Shown here: positions 38,796 to 47,987 of the stretch, piece by piece
Numbering within the stretch: position 1 is the first letter of the stretch
Layout: the number at the start of each line of letters is the position of its first letter
Source of the DNA: an uncultured Nitrospira sp.
Lineage (GTDB): Bacteria > Nitrospirota > Nitrospiria > Nitrospirales > Nitrospiraceae
Direction: 5' to 3'
NCBI GenBank assembly: GCA_964445795.1
Contig: CAYULI010000012.1
Span: forward strand, 580-64,579
Length of the DNA stretch: 64,000 bases
Program-made: the position numbers and the translations under genes
The notes under the pieces: model-generated
Told to the model about the DNA's origin: nothing
The model's input: only the letters and a program-made list of their open reading frames with translations
The model's database searches: none

Positions 38796-38949
38796 ATAAT
38801 CGCCGGAAGGATATTCAAAACAAGCCGTCTGGCGCGGCGGTAGTGAGCGAACGGGGGAGGTGTACTCTTCGTCGTGGGGTGAGTCTCTGAACGAAACGAG
38901 GCGAGAACAAAGCTGGCGGACGTTTTCATCATCCTGCTAGAATGCGCGC

Positions 38950-39825
38950 ATGTCGCAACTCGTAAACGGCGAACGTATCCATCTCGTCGATCGAAAAGGG
39001 CGTCAGTACGCCCTCACCCTAAAAGCGGGTGAGACCTATCAATTCAGCGGGCAGACGATCGCCCACGATGCGATTATCGGGCGCCCAGACGGGACGGTCG
39101 TCACCCTGTCCGGGGGAAAAAAGATGCTGGCGCTCCGTCCGACCTTTGGAGACTATGTCCTGAAGATGCCGCGGGGTGCGCAAGTGCTCTATCCGAAGGA
39201 TCTCGCGCTCATGCCGATGTGGGCGGACGTGTACCCCAGCGCGCGTGTGTTTGAAGCGGGGACCGGTTCGGGTGCCCTGACGATGGCCCTGCTGCGGGCC
39301 GTGGGACCACGGGGGTTGGTGGTGACCTATGAAATGCGCGAAGACTTCGCCCGTACCGCTCTGACGAACATCCATCGTTATATGGGGGCTGTGCCCAATC
39401 TCGTGTCGTTGCGCAAGAACGCCTACGAAGGAATCGAGCTGCTAGATGACGGAGTCCCATTTGATCGCGTGGTGCTGGATCTGCCGGAACCGTGGCAGGT
39501 GGTTCCTCATGCCGCCAAAGCCCTCCGCTCCGGGGGAATCTACTTGAGCTTCGTTCCCACTGTGCCACAGGTCGTTCAAACCGTCGAGGCTCTGGAACGC
39601 GCCACGGTTTTCGGACTCATCCAGACGTTCGAGACCCTCTTGCGCACGTGGTCTGTTCAAGGACGGAGCGTGCGGCCGGATCATCGGATGGTGGCGCACT
39701 CCGGTTTCATCACGGTGGCCAGGAAGGTCGAGCCCGGTCTGCTGGCTTCTCTGGGTGAGGGGCGAACTGTCGAAGAGGGGCCGGATGAGAACAAGTCGGA
39801 CGGTGGCGAAGGAGAAGAGCCTTGA
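38950..39825 (+). CDS. trmI: tRNA (adenine58-N1)-methyltransferase TrmI/GCD14 family
   Basis: N-terminal beta domain (GERIHLVDRKGRQY) and SAM motif EAGTGSGALT. Confidence 0.85.
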   Translation: MSQLVNGERIHLVDRKGRQYALTLKAGETYQFSGQTIAHDAIIGRPDGTVVTLSGGKKMLALRPTFGDYVLKMPRGAQVLYPKDLALMPMWADVYPSARVFEAGTGSGALTMALLRAVGPRGLVVTYEMREDFARTALTNIHRYMGAVPNLVSLRKNAYEGIELLDDGVPFDRVVLDLPEPWQVVPHAAKALRSGGIYLSFVPTVPQVVQTVEALERATVFGLIQTFETLLRTWSVQGRSVRPDHRMVAHSGFITVARKVEPGLLASLGEGRTVEEGPDENKSDGGEGEEP

Positions 39826-40577
39826 ACCGGCTGGCGGGAAAAGTCGCGTTGGTGACCGGCGCCAACGCCGGGATCGGAGAGGCCATCGCAAAAACGTTTG
39901 CGCGCGAGGGAGCTGCCGTCGTGATTACCGGACGGCGCACGAATGAGTTGGCACGGGTGGAAAACGAGATTGGCCGGCAGAACGGCCGCTGTGTGGCGGT
40001 GGCCGGCTCCGTCACGGACGAGGCGCACGCTCGGGCGGCCGTAGATCGGGCTATTCGGCAATTCGGAGCGCTTGATATCCTCGTCAACAACGCCGGTGTC
40101 GGCGAGTTCGGTCGCCGGGTCCATGAGCTTGACGACGAGACGTGGGAGCGGGTCCTCGATATCAACTTAACTGGTGTGTTTCGAATGACCCGCGCGGCGG
40201 TAGCAGAAATGCTCAAGCGAGGTGGAGGCTCGATCGTGAACATTTCGTCGATTGCCAGCCTGGTCGGTATTCCCGCACTGCCTGCGTATGCGGCGTCCAA
40301 AGGGGGGCTCGACGCATTGACACGCGCCATCGCCATCGATTACGCGCAAGACGGTATCCGATGCAACGTGGTGAATCCGGGCCTCATCGACACACCGATG
40401 GCGGCGCCGTTGATGGCCAACCAGAATCAGCTTGAACCGATTCTTTCTCGCTATCCCATTCATCGCGTGGGCAAGCCGGAGGAGGTGGCCCATATGGTGC
40501 TGTATCTGGCGTCCGATGAGGCTGCATGGGTCACAGGGGGGACGTTCACGATCGACGGTGGGATGACGGCAGGGTGA
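39822..40577 (+). CDS. Short-chain dehydrogenase/reductase (FabG-like)
   Basis: TGANAGIG, NNAG and YAASK motifs. The TTG start overlaps the trmI stop. GAAGGAGAAG RBS. Confidence 0.85.
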   Translation: MNRLAGKVALVTGANAGIGEAIAKTFAREGAAVVITGRRTNELARVENEIGRQNGRCVAVAGSVTDEAHARAAVDRAIRQFGALDILVNNAGVGEFGRRVHELDDETWERVLDINLTGVFRMTRAAVAEMLKRGGGSIVNISSIASLVGIPALPAYAASKGGLDALTRAIAIDYAQDGIRCNVVNPGLIDTPMAAPLMANQNQLEPILSRYPIHRVGKPEEVAHMVLYLASDEAAWVTGGTFTIDGGMTAG

Positions 40578-40640
40578 AACGGTATCGAGTCGTACTTCGT
40601 CCCGGTTTGTCGATATCTGGAACGGAGGTGTGCAGCGCCG

Positions 40641-41495
40641 ATGGAAATCAACGTCCATACTGAGTTTTGTGGGGTCATAGGAAATCCGGTCGAGCACTCG
40701 CTGTCGCCGGCGATCCATAACGCGGCGTTTCAGAAGCTCGGGATCAATTGTGTCTATCTTGCCTGGAAGGTCGAGGCGATCGGCGATGCGATCAAGGGAC
40801 TCCGTGCGCTGGGAAACTTCCGCGGCGCCAGCGTGACGATCCCGCATAAAGTGTCCGCGATGTCGTATCTCGATCGGGTGGACCGGACAGCGCGGCAGAT
40901 CGGAGCGATCAATACGATTGTCGCGGAGCAGGGGCAGTTGGTCGGGTATAACACCGATGCCACGGGAGCGTTGCGCGCCTTGCGGGAAGGCGGGGCTGAG
41001 CTGGATGGACGGCACATCGTCATCGTGGGTTCCGGCGGCGCGGCCCGGGCCATCGCCTTTGCACTGGCCGCGGAGCCGCGCGCGGCTAAGTTGAGTCTCC
41101 TCGGCATTGACGACCGCGAACGGGCAAGGTTGGCGGCGGATCTGCGTTCCACCACCACGCTGGCCGTGGAGGATCTTCATCTCGACGACGCGGCGCTGCG
41201 CAAGACTCTGCCTGTCGCGCAGGTGTTGATTCACTGTACTCCTGTCGGCATGTCTCCTGAGATCGACGCCACCTGCGTTCCCTCCTCCTTCCTCCACTCG
41301 GGATTAGCTGTCATGGACATCGTCTACAATCCGCGCCAGACCAGATTGCTCAAAGACGCCCGGGCGGCCGGTTGTAAGACGATACCGGGGCTCGAAATGT
41401 TCTTGAACCAGGCCGTCGCGCAATTCGAGCTGTGGACCGGCCGTCCGGCACCGGCTGATGTGATGCGCGCCGTGCTGGAATACCGCTTCCAATGA
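40641..41495 (+). CDS. aroE: Shikimate dehydrogenase
   Basis: GVIGNPVEHSLSPAIHNAAF, SVTIPHK and GSGGAARA. Confidence 0.9.
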   Translation: MEINVHTEFCGVIGNPVEHSLSPAIHNAAFQKLGINCVYLAWKVEAIGDAIKGLRALGNFRGASVTIPHKVSAMSYLDRVDRTARQIGAINTIVAEQGQLVGYNTDATGALRALREGGAELDGRHIVIVGSGGAARAIAFALAAEPRAAKLSLLGIDDRERARLAADLRSTTTLAVEDLHLDDAALRKTLPVAQVLIHCTPVGMSPEIDATCVPSSFLHSGLAVMDIVYNPRQTRLLKDARAAGCKTIPGLEMFLNQAVAQFELWTGRPAPADVMRAVLEYRFQ

Positions 41496-41992
41496 ACGTC
41501 GTCCTTATCGGGTACCGGGGAACCGGAAAAAGCACGGTGGGAAAAACCGTAGCGGCCCGACTCGGCCGCACCGTGGTGTCGACGGACGACGAGATCGTCA
41601 AACGGACCGGGCGCACGATTCCTGAGATCGTGGCGCAACATGGCTGGGATTACTTTCGGAATATCGAGTCTGAGATCTGTCGGGAGTTGGCCGATCGCGA
41701 CGGATTGGTAATAGACACGGGCGGAGGGGCTATTCTCCGGCCGGAAAATGTCGCGGCGCTGAAGAAAACGGGAACGCTGTTCTGGCTTACTGCCTCTGTG
41801 GCGACGATAGCGCAACGTATCGGGAGAGATACGCAACGGCCATCCCTCACCGGGACGAAGTCTTTCGTCGACGAGATAGAACAGGTGCTGCGTGAGCGGA
41901 CACCCAAATACCAGGCAGCGGCGGATCATGCGGTTTCGACGGACGGACGGTCGGTCGCGGAAATCGTCGACGAGATTATCGCCCGCCTGTAG
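41492..41992 (+). CDS. aroK: Shikimate kinase
   Basis: LIGYRGTGKSTVG P-loop and DTGGG. ATGA overlap with aroE. Confidence 0.9.
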   Translation: MNVVLIGYRGTGKSTVGKTVAARLGRTVVSTDDEIVKRTGRTIPEIVAQHGWDYFRNIESEICRELADRDGLVIDTGGGAILRPENVAALKKTGTLFWLTASVATIAQRIGRDTQRPSLTGTKSFVDEIEQVLRERTPKYQAAADHAVSTDGRSVAEIVDEIIARL

Positions 41993-42025
41993 GGCGCCGG
42001 GTTCCACCCGTGCCCAGACCTCTTC

Positions 42026-42054
42026 TTGACAAGTCTCGGCTATCGTGTTTCAAG
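42026..42054 (+). promoter_or_regulatory. Possible tRNA promoter (TTGACA-17-TTCAAG with TGn extended -10)
   Basis: TTGACA at 42026-42031. The -10 candidate at 42049-42054 is weak but preceded by TGT. The predicted TSS is a few nt before the tRNA. Confidence 0.25.
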
Positions 42055-42063
42055 TACCGGTAT

Positions 42064-42140
42064 GCGCCCGTAGCTCAGTTGGATAGAGCGTCGGGCTTCG
42101 AACCCGCAGGTCGCAGGTTCAATTCCTGCCGGGCGCACCA
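42064..42140 (+). tRNA. tRNA-Arg (anticodon UCG)
   Basis: Cloverleaf read by hand. Acceptor GCGCCCG/CGGGCGC, D-arm GCTC/GAGC, anticodon loop CTTCGAA, T-arm GCAGG-TTCAATT-CCTGC, encoded CCA. Confidence 0.9.
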
Positions 42141-42369
42141 TTCAATCCAATAGCTATTAGGCTTAATAATATCAGTGAGTTGGATGAGTCTTTCGGGATC
42201 AGCGCCAGGCGTGTTAGCCCCCCTCTTAAGCTGCATAGATCTCATGGATCGCCTGGTCTAAGTTAAACGCAGTGATTGAGGGGCTAACCTGATGGGGTGT
42301 TTCGACCGACAACGGGTGCAGCAGAACGAGAATCCTGGTAGGCTTAAGTTGCAATCACGTTCTGCGTGG

Positions 42370-42459
42370 ATGCGGCAATGCCCGCAATGCGGGAGGGTCC
42401 TCACGAAAGCCGACCCGATGGACCGTTGGGTGTGTGAGTGCGGATGGCAGAGTGGGTGA
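42370..42459 (+). CDS. Candidate 29-aa zinc-ribbon micro-ORF
   Basis: MRQCPQCGRVLTKADPMDRWVCECGWQSG (CxxC...CxC). No clear RBS, so very tentative. Confidence 0.2.
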   Translation: MRQCPQCGRVLTKADPMDRWVCECGWQSG

Positions 42460-42483
42460 GTCGAGCACAAGTAGGGAGTAATT

Positions 42484-42624
42484 ATGACCCCTGTATTGCA
42501 CGATGTCAGAGCCGGGTTCTTCCTGATTGTGGCACTAGCGATGTTGGCGTTCATTTGCGCGATCGCGGGATTGGGCGCAGTGTTACGACCCGTTCGCTGG
42601 GCTGATCGCAAGGACTTTCGTTAA
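42484..42624 (+). CDS. Candidate 46-aa single-TM micro-protein
   Basis: GGGAG RBS 7 nt upstream. MTPVLHDVRAGFFLIVALAMLAFICAIAGLGAVLRPVRWADRKDFR. Starts 24 nt after the zinc-ribbon micro-ORF. Confidence 0.3.
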   Translation: MTPVLHDVRAGFFLIVALAMLAFICAIAGLGAVLRPVRWADRKDFR

Positions 42625-43090
42625 CAGACGGTCGCGAGCGACTTAAGCAAGTTGCGTCGCAACAGTTCGAGTCCAATCGTTTCTTCCCGGCGCTAACACT
42701 GTCGTACACATATCTCCGACTCTGCCGCGATTTTCCCCACACATTGGATCTCCCTTCTAGATCGCGAACCCATCCGATATCCGAAAAATCCTGTCGAGCA
42801 GATGACTAGCAGAGTCTCTTTGCGAGTTTTCCTCGCAAACAGCAGAATGTATTGCGCTCATGACCGATGGGAATAGGACCATGGTGCTTCGGGAAGACAC
42901 GAACTTTCGATGACTTATGAACCCCGCCCCCCAATGAAGCCTGGCGGAAAGGCCAAAGTTGGAGCTGGTGCTATATTTGTCGAAGGGTTCGCGGAAACAG
43001 AAAAATCAGCTGACACCGAGCCCAGACACCTTGGGGATAGGGTCCCCTTAAGAATCGGCAAGTAGCAAATACCAAGAGGAGAGGGTGGTT

Positions 43091-43783
43091 ATGAACAGAG
43101 TTGTTGAGACGGCGATCTTTGTTAGCCTAATCGGCATAGCTCTCATGGCCAGCCAAGGCTGCGGGATGAAGTGGCTCCAGTCGGATGGCAGTTCGGAATC
43201 CAGCCCTCAGGGCTCGAACGCTCAAAATGCTGGAGGGGCAGGGTCCGGTGATGCCAACGCGAATTCCGACTTCCCTGGGTTTTCTCCAGGTAAATCGAGC
43301 GGTGAACTGAGCGGATTTTCTCAGAATCCATCGGAGGAGCGTCTTGCACTGGCGCAAGCGGGTGTTGCGGCCTCGCTTTCACCCTCGGATATGAGTGCGA
43401 GACGAAGAGCCGAATTGACGAAGGAGGAAAAAGCCGCGCTCGAGGCCGGCCTCCAGGATGTCTTTTTCGGCTACGATCAGTGGATTCTCTCCAACCTGGG
43501 GATGGAAGCCCTAAACCGGGATGCCAATTATCTCAAGGACCACCCTGGGGCGGTCCTCAAGATCGAAGGACACTGTGACGAACGCGGTACCGGCGACTAT
43601 AACATGGTACTAGGGGACAAGCGGGCCAAAGCTGCCAGGGCGTATTTGATCGAGGCTGGTGTCAACCCTAAACAGATTGCCATTGTCTCCTACGGCAAGG
43701 AACGTCCGTTCTGCTTTGAGCACGATGAATCCTGCTACCAGCAGAATCGACGGGGCCACATGTTGTTGAGTACCAAGAAGTAA
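43091..43783 (+). CDS. pal: Peptidoglycan-associated lipoprotein (OmpA-family, Pal-like)
   Basis: AGGAGAGGG RBS, lipobox LMASQGC, low-complexity linker, and OmpA_C domain (IEGHCDERGTGDYNMVLGDKRAKAARAYL). Confidence 0.85.
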   Translation: MNRVVETAIFVSLIGIALMASQGCGMKWLQSDGSSESSPQGSNAQNAGGAGSGDANANSDFPGFSPGKSSGELSGFSQNPSEERLALAQAGVAASLSPSDMSARRRAELTKEEKAALEAGLQDVFFGYDQWILSNLGMEALNRDANYLKDHPGAVLKIEGHCDERGTGDYNMVLGDKRAKAARAYLIEAGVNPKQIAIVSYGKERPFCFEHDESCYQQNRRGHMLLSTKK

Positions 43784-43890
43784 GGGGGCCGGGTCGGTTG
43801 CCTCGCTGGAAGAGGAAACGGGCTTCAGTCATGCGAGACCTGCTGGGCATGGCCTCGTCTAGCAAGGCTGCAAACGCGTCGGAGCGATAG

Positions 43891-44289
43891 ATGCCATCTA
43901 CGACGGTTCGAAAACTTGTGTCCCTCCTCAAGAAGACCGACAAGGCCGGGATTACACTCCCTGCATCGCAGTCCCGCGAACGGCGCGTTCAGCCCAGGTT
44001 CACCACCCAGTTTCGCAGCACCTTCTCGGGTCGTCACGAAGAAGGCCAGGGCCGCACGGTGGACATATCTGGCGGTGGCTGCAAGATCGAAAGCGAAATG
44101 ACGGTGGCGCAGGGGACTACGTTTGAATGTCGGCTCCATGTTCCGGGGCTGGACTGGCCGCTTCGGATCGATGAAGCCACCGTCCGGTGGGTTGACGGCA
44201 ATACGTTCGGCATCGAATTCACTCGCATTCGCCCGGAAGAGACTGCTAAGTTGAACAAGGTGTTGGCCGATCTCGATGAAGACGAGTAG
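43891..44289 (+). CDS. PilZ-domain protein (putative c-di-GMP receptor)
   Basis: RERRVQPR (RxxxR) followed by DISGGGCKI (DxSxxG). Confidence 0.7.
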   Translation: MPSTTVRKLVSLLKKTDKAGITLPASQSRERRVQPRFTTQFRSTFSGRHEEGQGRTVDISGGGCKIESEMTVAQGTTFECRLHVPGLDWPLRIDEATVRWVDGNTFGIEFTRIRPEETAKLNKVLADLDEDE

Positions 44290-44499
44290 GTTCACCGATA
44301 CACTCCTTTTCACCTTCTATCCCCGAGCCCCCGTACCCACTGGCAGCCCGCACTCCCCAGCGTCCTTTCCTCCCCAATGAAACGTGGTTGACACCCGACT
44401 GGCTCCTGGCAGAAAGTACGGTCTCATCCCGCGAGGTGAGCGCAGAGGGGTCTTGCGCTCATTGTGATTGATGTTCGGGGACGGAGAAAGGAGTCCGGA

Positions 44500-44661
44500 G
44501 TGGAACAACGGTACGCGATTACGGTGAAGTTTCTGGTAAGCGCCGATTCGGCCGAGGATGCCGAAGAGATGGTGGAAACGGTCTGCGAAAAAGCGACGGC
44601 TTCGTTTCCTGAGATAAGCTACGAAGGGATCGAGGACATCGAGGAGGAAGAGGAAGAATAG
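44500..44661 (+). CDS. Small acidic protein with poly-Glu tail, hypothetical
   Basis: AAGGAG RBS before the GTG at 44500. Ends in IEDIEEEEEE. Confidence 0.35.
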   Translation: MEQRYAITVKFLVSADSAEDAEEMVETVCEKATASFPEISYEGIEDIEEEEEE

Positions 44662-44712
44662 CTCGATCGGTCCGGGGAAAGAGTGACATGCCCAGTTGAC
44701 TCAAGGGGTACC

Positions 44713-45276
44713 ATGGGAGCCAACGCGCGATCCAGTCATACCGGCGGGGAGGTGGCCACGCTGGCGGGTGGCTGCTTTTGGTGTCTCGAGGCGGTTTACG
44801 ATCAGCTAAAGGGGGTTGACACGGTCGAGTCGGGATACATCGGAGGAGAAACCGAGAATCCGACCTACGAAGCGGTGTGCAGCGGGCGCACGGGTCATGC
44901 AGAGGCGGTCCGCGTCACCTTCGATCCGCAGGTGATTTCATACAGGGAACTGCTCGAACTCTTCTTCGTGATTCACGACCCGACCACCCTCAATCGTCAA
45001 GGAAACGATGTGGGTACCCAGTACCGGTCGGCGATTTTCTATCACTCTCTCGATCAGAAAGAGGTGGCCGAGTCACTCATCGCAACCTTGAACGAAGAAA
45101 AACTCTATTCGGCTCCGATCGTGACGCAAGTGGTTCCTGCGACTCAGTGGTACAAAGCTGAGGACTACCACCAGAAATACTTCATGAGGAACCCATTTCA
45201 AGGGTATTGTCAATTCGTCGTCGGTCCGAAGGTCGCGAAATTTCGCAAGCAGTTCGCGAACCGGCTCAAGTCTTAA
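44713..45276 (+). CDS. msrA: Peptide-methionine (S)-S-oxide reductase
   Basis: GGCFWCLEAVY active site and GHAEAVRVTFDP. Confidence 0.9.
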   Translation: MGANARSSHTGGEVATLAGGCFWCLEAVYDQLKGVDTVESGYIGGETENPTYEAVCSGRTGHAEAVRVTFDPQVISYRELLELFFVIHDPTTLNRQGNDVGTQYRSAIFYHSLDQKEVAESLIATLNEEKLYSAPIVTQVVPATQWYKAEDYHQKYFMRNPFQGYCQFVVGPKVAKFRKQFANRLKS

Positions 45277-45290
45277 CCAACGACTCGGAG

Positions 45291-45785
45291 CTACTGCCCC
45301 AATACGCTCGCCAGCGCGTCCCTGACACCGCTTAACAAGGCGGGCTTCTGATAAATCTGGCGCGGGTTGAGCAGAACCTCGGCATGAGAAGGGCAGAAGG
45401 GCCATTCGATCGAGGGGGGGCCCTGCACTTGGGCGAGGATTGTTCCGTCCAGTGTCTCGGTCGGTGGTTGCACGATGATCAGGGGATGGCCGGGGTCCAG
45501 GAGGCACGAATCATCCGAGCGGGACCAAAACCCCGGTCCGGTTTCGGACAGCCGAACGCGCTGCTCGCCGTCCGAAAACACGGTATCCCCTTCGCGAAGC
45601 GGACCGGTGGGAGCCAGAGAGTACAGCACCACGGGAGCCATCAAGATCACCACCACTGCCAATCCGATCGACCACAGCGGTGGCTCCGACCGGTTCCCGT
45701 TATCTTCACACGATTCTACGCTCATGTCATGACCTGTTACCGGATCAAAGCGGGCGGCTGCGAAGGATCCCTCGACGACCCCCAC
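45291..45785 (-). CDS. Membrane-anchored hypothetical protein
   Basis: Single TM (LWSIGLAVVVILMAPVVLYSL). Directly downstream of ttcA. Start ambiguous (GTG 45785 or ATG 45725). Confidence 0.5.
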   Translation of the reverse strand: MGVVEGSFAAARFDPVTGHDMSVESCEDNGNRSEPPLWSIGLAVVVILMAPVVLYSLAPTGPLREGDTVFSDGEQRVRLSETGPGFWSRSDDSCLLDPGHPLIIVQPPTETLDGTILAQVQGPPSIEWPFCPSHAEVLLNPRQIYQKPALLSGVRDALASVLGQ

Positions 45786-45787
45786 TC

Positions 45788-46672
45788 TTAGTGCCCACCG
45801 GCCGGTTCTTCATCAAGCCATGCATCGCCTTCAGGGGATTGGGTCTCGTCGCGTCCGAGTGACGCGAAGTCGAACAACCGACGGTCCATCAGGAGCGAAG
45901 GAGCGACGTTGGCCAGCGCCGCTGCGATGCTGTCCAAACATCCGGGGGACCCTTCCTCCCAGACGCGGAGAAACGATTTCACTTTCTTTCGTTTCAGATC
46001 TTCCTGTGAACCGCAGAGGTTGCAGGGAATGATCGGAAAGGCCCGCAGCTCGGCATACCGCGCCAGGTCGGCTTCCTTGACAAAGGCCAGCGGCCTGATC
46101 ACCAGATGCCGCCCATCTTTCGAGCGGAGCTTGGGCGGGATCGCTTTCAATTTCCCCGTGTAGAAGAGATTCAGGAACAATGTCTCGATGATATCATCCC
46201 GATGGTGACCTAGCGCGATTTTGGTGGCGCCCAATTCCACGGCGATGCGATAGAGATGCCCGCGGCGCAGGCGGGAACAGAGCGAACACATGGTTTCTCC
46301 CTCGGGGATGAGGCGTTTCACGATCGAATAGGTGTCGCGGGTTTCAATGTGAAAGGGGACGCCCCGTGCTTTCAGATAATCGGGGAGAACGTGAGCCGGA
46401 AAGCCAGGCTGCTTCTGATCCAGGTTCACAGCGACCAGCTCAAAGTGAACGGGGGCCCGCCGCTGCAGGACAAGCAGGATATCGAGTAAGCCGTAACTGT
46501 CCTTGCCGCCGGACAGGCAGACCATCACTTTGTCGCCGTCTTCAATAAGTCGGTAGTCGGCGATGGTCTGCCCGACCAGCCGGCAGAGGCGCGTCTGGAG
46601 TTTTTCGGTTTCTTCGTCCAATTTCGGCGAAGGAATCAGCGAAGGAATCGGATGGGTGGTCGAGCTGCGCAT
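45788..46672 (-). CDS. ttcA: tRNA 2-thiocytidine(32) synthetase TtcA
   Basis: PP-loop CLSGGKDS plus the [10 protein letters not shown] and CNLCGSQ cysteine motifs. Confidence 0.9.
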   Translation of the reverse strand: MRSSTTHPIPSLIPSPKLDEETEKLQTRLCRLVGQTIADYRLIEDGDKVMVCLSGGKDSYGLLDILLVLQRRAPVHFELVAVNLDQKQPGFPAHVLPDYLKARGVPFHIETRDTYSIVKRLIPEGETMCSLCSRLRRGHLYRIAVELGATKIALGHHRDDIIETLFLNLFYTGKLKAIPPKLRSKDGRHLVIRPLAFVKEADLARYAELRAFPIIPCNLCGSQEDLKRKKVKSFLRVWEEGSPGCLDSIAAALANVAPSLLMDRRLFDFASLGRDETQSPEGDAWLDEEPAGGH

Positions 46673-46925
46673 GAGCGGAATTGTACCCGTCCCTGTGTCG
46701 TTCTGTCGACGGATTGGAGACGTGACGCCGGCTCTTTGGGCTTTTCTCTGAACCGAGAGTGGGCCCAGGCCACAGATCGGTTCAATCTTGAACTCTTCAG
46801 GACAATTTCCTCCTTTTTATTAGACCGTCGTCATACCCGGTTTTTTTGGCTCTTGGGACGCCTCCGCGTCGCTGCGTGCTATATTTTTCTGGTGGCCCCA
46901 AAGAGGCGGAGATTCGAGTGGTTGT

Positions 46926-47987
46926 ATGCAACGGATGATGCCGGATGTGTTGAAGATGCCGATCGATGGAGAGGGAGGGCCTCAGTGGGCATCCTGGTCG
47001 GACGATGCGCTCTTGGAACTCCCGATGTGCGAACTTCGCTTAGAGATCAAGGGGAGTTTTCTGGATGAGCCCATTGCCGAGCTCTCGCGTGAGCTGGAAA
47101 TGCGGGGCCTACTGTTCCGCCCACACTTCTGGCTGTCGAACGAATGGTTCACGCCGGACGGGGTTCCCGGCATTGCGGTCCCCTTCTATCTGGCGCATCC
47201 CCGGTTGGCCAAGCTCGAATTGAATCAAATGCTGGAAGTGGAAGGCGGGACGCGTGATTGGTGCCTCCGCATCCTCCGTCATGAAGCGGGACACGCCATC
47301 GAGAATGCCTACAAGATCCGCCGGCGGAAGACTCGCCAACAGATATTCGGCCGGTCTTCGCAAGCCTATCCGAAGTATTACTCGCCGCGCCCCTACAGCC
47401 GGAGCTTCGTCCGTCACTTAGACTTGTGGTACGCGCAGAGTCATCCGGACGAGGACTTTGCTGAAACCTTCGCCGTGTGGCTCACGCCGGATTCGCACTG
47501 GGAAGAGCGGTACAAAGGCTGGCCGGTCCTCAAAAAGCTCCGGTATGTAGATGGTCTGATGAAGGAACTTGCCGGAGTTGCTCCGCCGGTTACGGTGCGC
47601 GAAGAAGTCGACCCCCTCCCCAGTCTCAAGAAAACGCTGCGGGATCACTACACCCACAAGCGGAGCCATTATGGAGTTGAACGGCCCTCGCAATACGACC
47701 CCGACTTGAAGCGCCTCTTTTCGGATGCGCCGATCCATGCGGGAAAGCCGAGCGCGGCCACCTTTCTCAACCGGTTCCGGCGGGAGGTCCGGAGAAAGGT
47801 GGCAAGCTGGACCGGGGAATATCAGTACACGATCGATCAGGTCTTGGAGGACATGATCCGGCGGGCCCGTGAGTTGAATCTGCGGGTGCCGGTGGCCGAA
47901 GAGCAGGCGAAACTCGATTTTACGATTCTCCTGACCGTGCACACGATGAACTTCCTGCGTAGCGGGCGGCACCGGGTGGCGCTATGA
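46926..47987 (+). CDS. Putative zinc metallopeptidase (HExxH; Peptidase_Mx-like family)
   Basis: ILRHEAGHAIENAY (HExxH) and downstream HPDEDFAETFAVWL. The stop overlaps the ATP-grasp start (ATGA). Confidence 0.75.
   Translation: MQRMMPDVLKMPIDGEGGPQWASWSDDALLELPMCELRLEIKGSFLDEPIAELSRELEMRGLLFRPHFWLSNEWFTPDGVPGIAVPFYLAHPRLAKLELNQMLEVEGGTRDWCLRILRHEAGHAIENAYKIRRRKTRQQIFGRSSQAYPKYYSPRPYSRSFVRHLDLWYAQSHPDEDFAETFAVWLTPDSHWEERYKGWPVLKKLRYVDGLMKELAGVAPPVTVREEVDPLPSLKKTLRDHYTHKRSHYGVERPSQYDPDLKRLFSDAPIHAGKPSAATFLNRFRREVRRKVASWTGEYQYTIDQVLEDMIRRARELNLRVPVAEEQAKLDFTILLTVHTMNFLRSGRHRVAL

Noticed and set aside
40167-41297. 376-aa minus-strand ORF across the SDR/aroE region.
   Set aside because: It is antisense to two genes with clear motifs. 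The Arg-rich composition is low complexity.
42141-43090. Genomic island or prophage remnant at tRNA-Arg.
   Set aside because: No integrase is present. I could not find a convincing direct repeat of the tRNA 3-prime end; only a weak GGTTC..TTCCTG similarity appears near 42511. It is kept as a low-GC anomaly and not called a mobile element.
44389-44425. Promoter-like TTGACA and a TGGCTCCTGGCAG string upstream of the small acidic ORF (sigma-54 or sigma-70?).
   Set aside because: There is no TTGC at the -12 position for sigma-54. There is no acceptable -10 hexamer at 16-19 nt for sigma-70.
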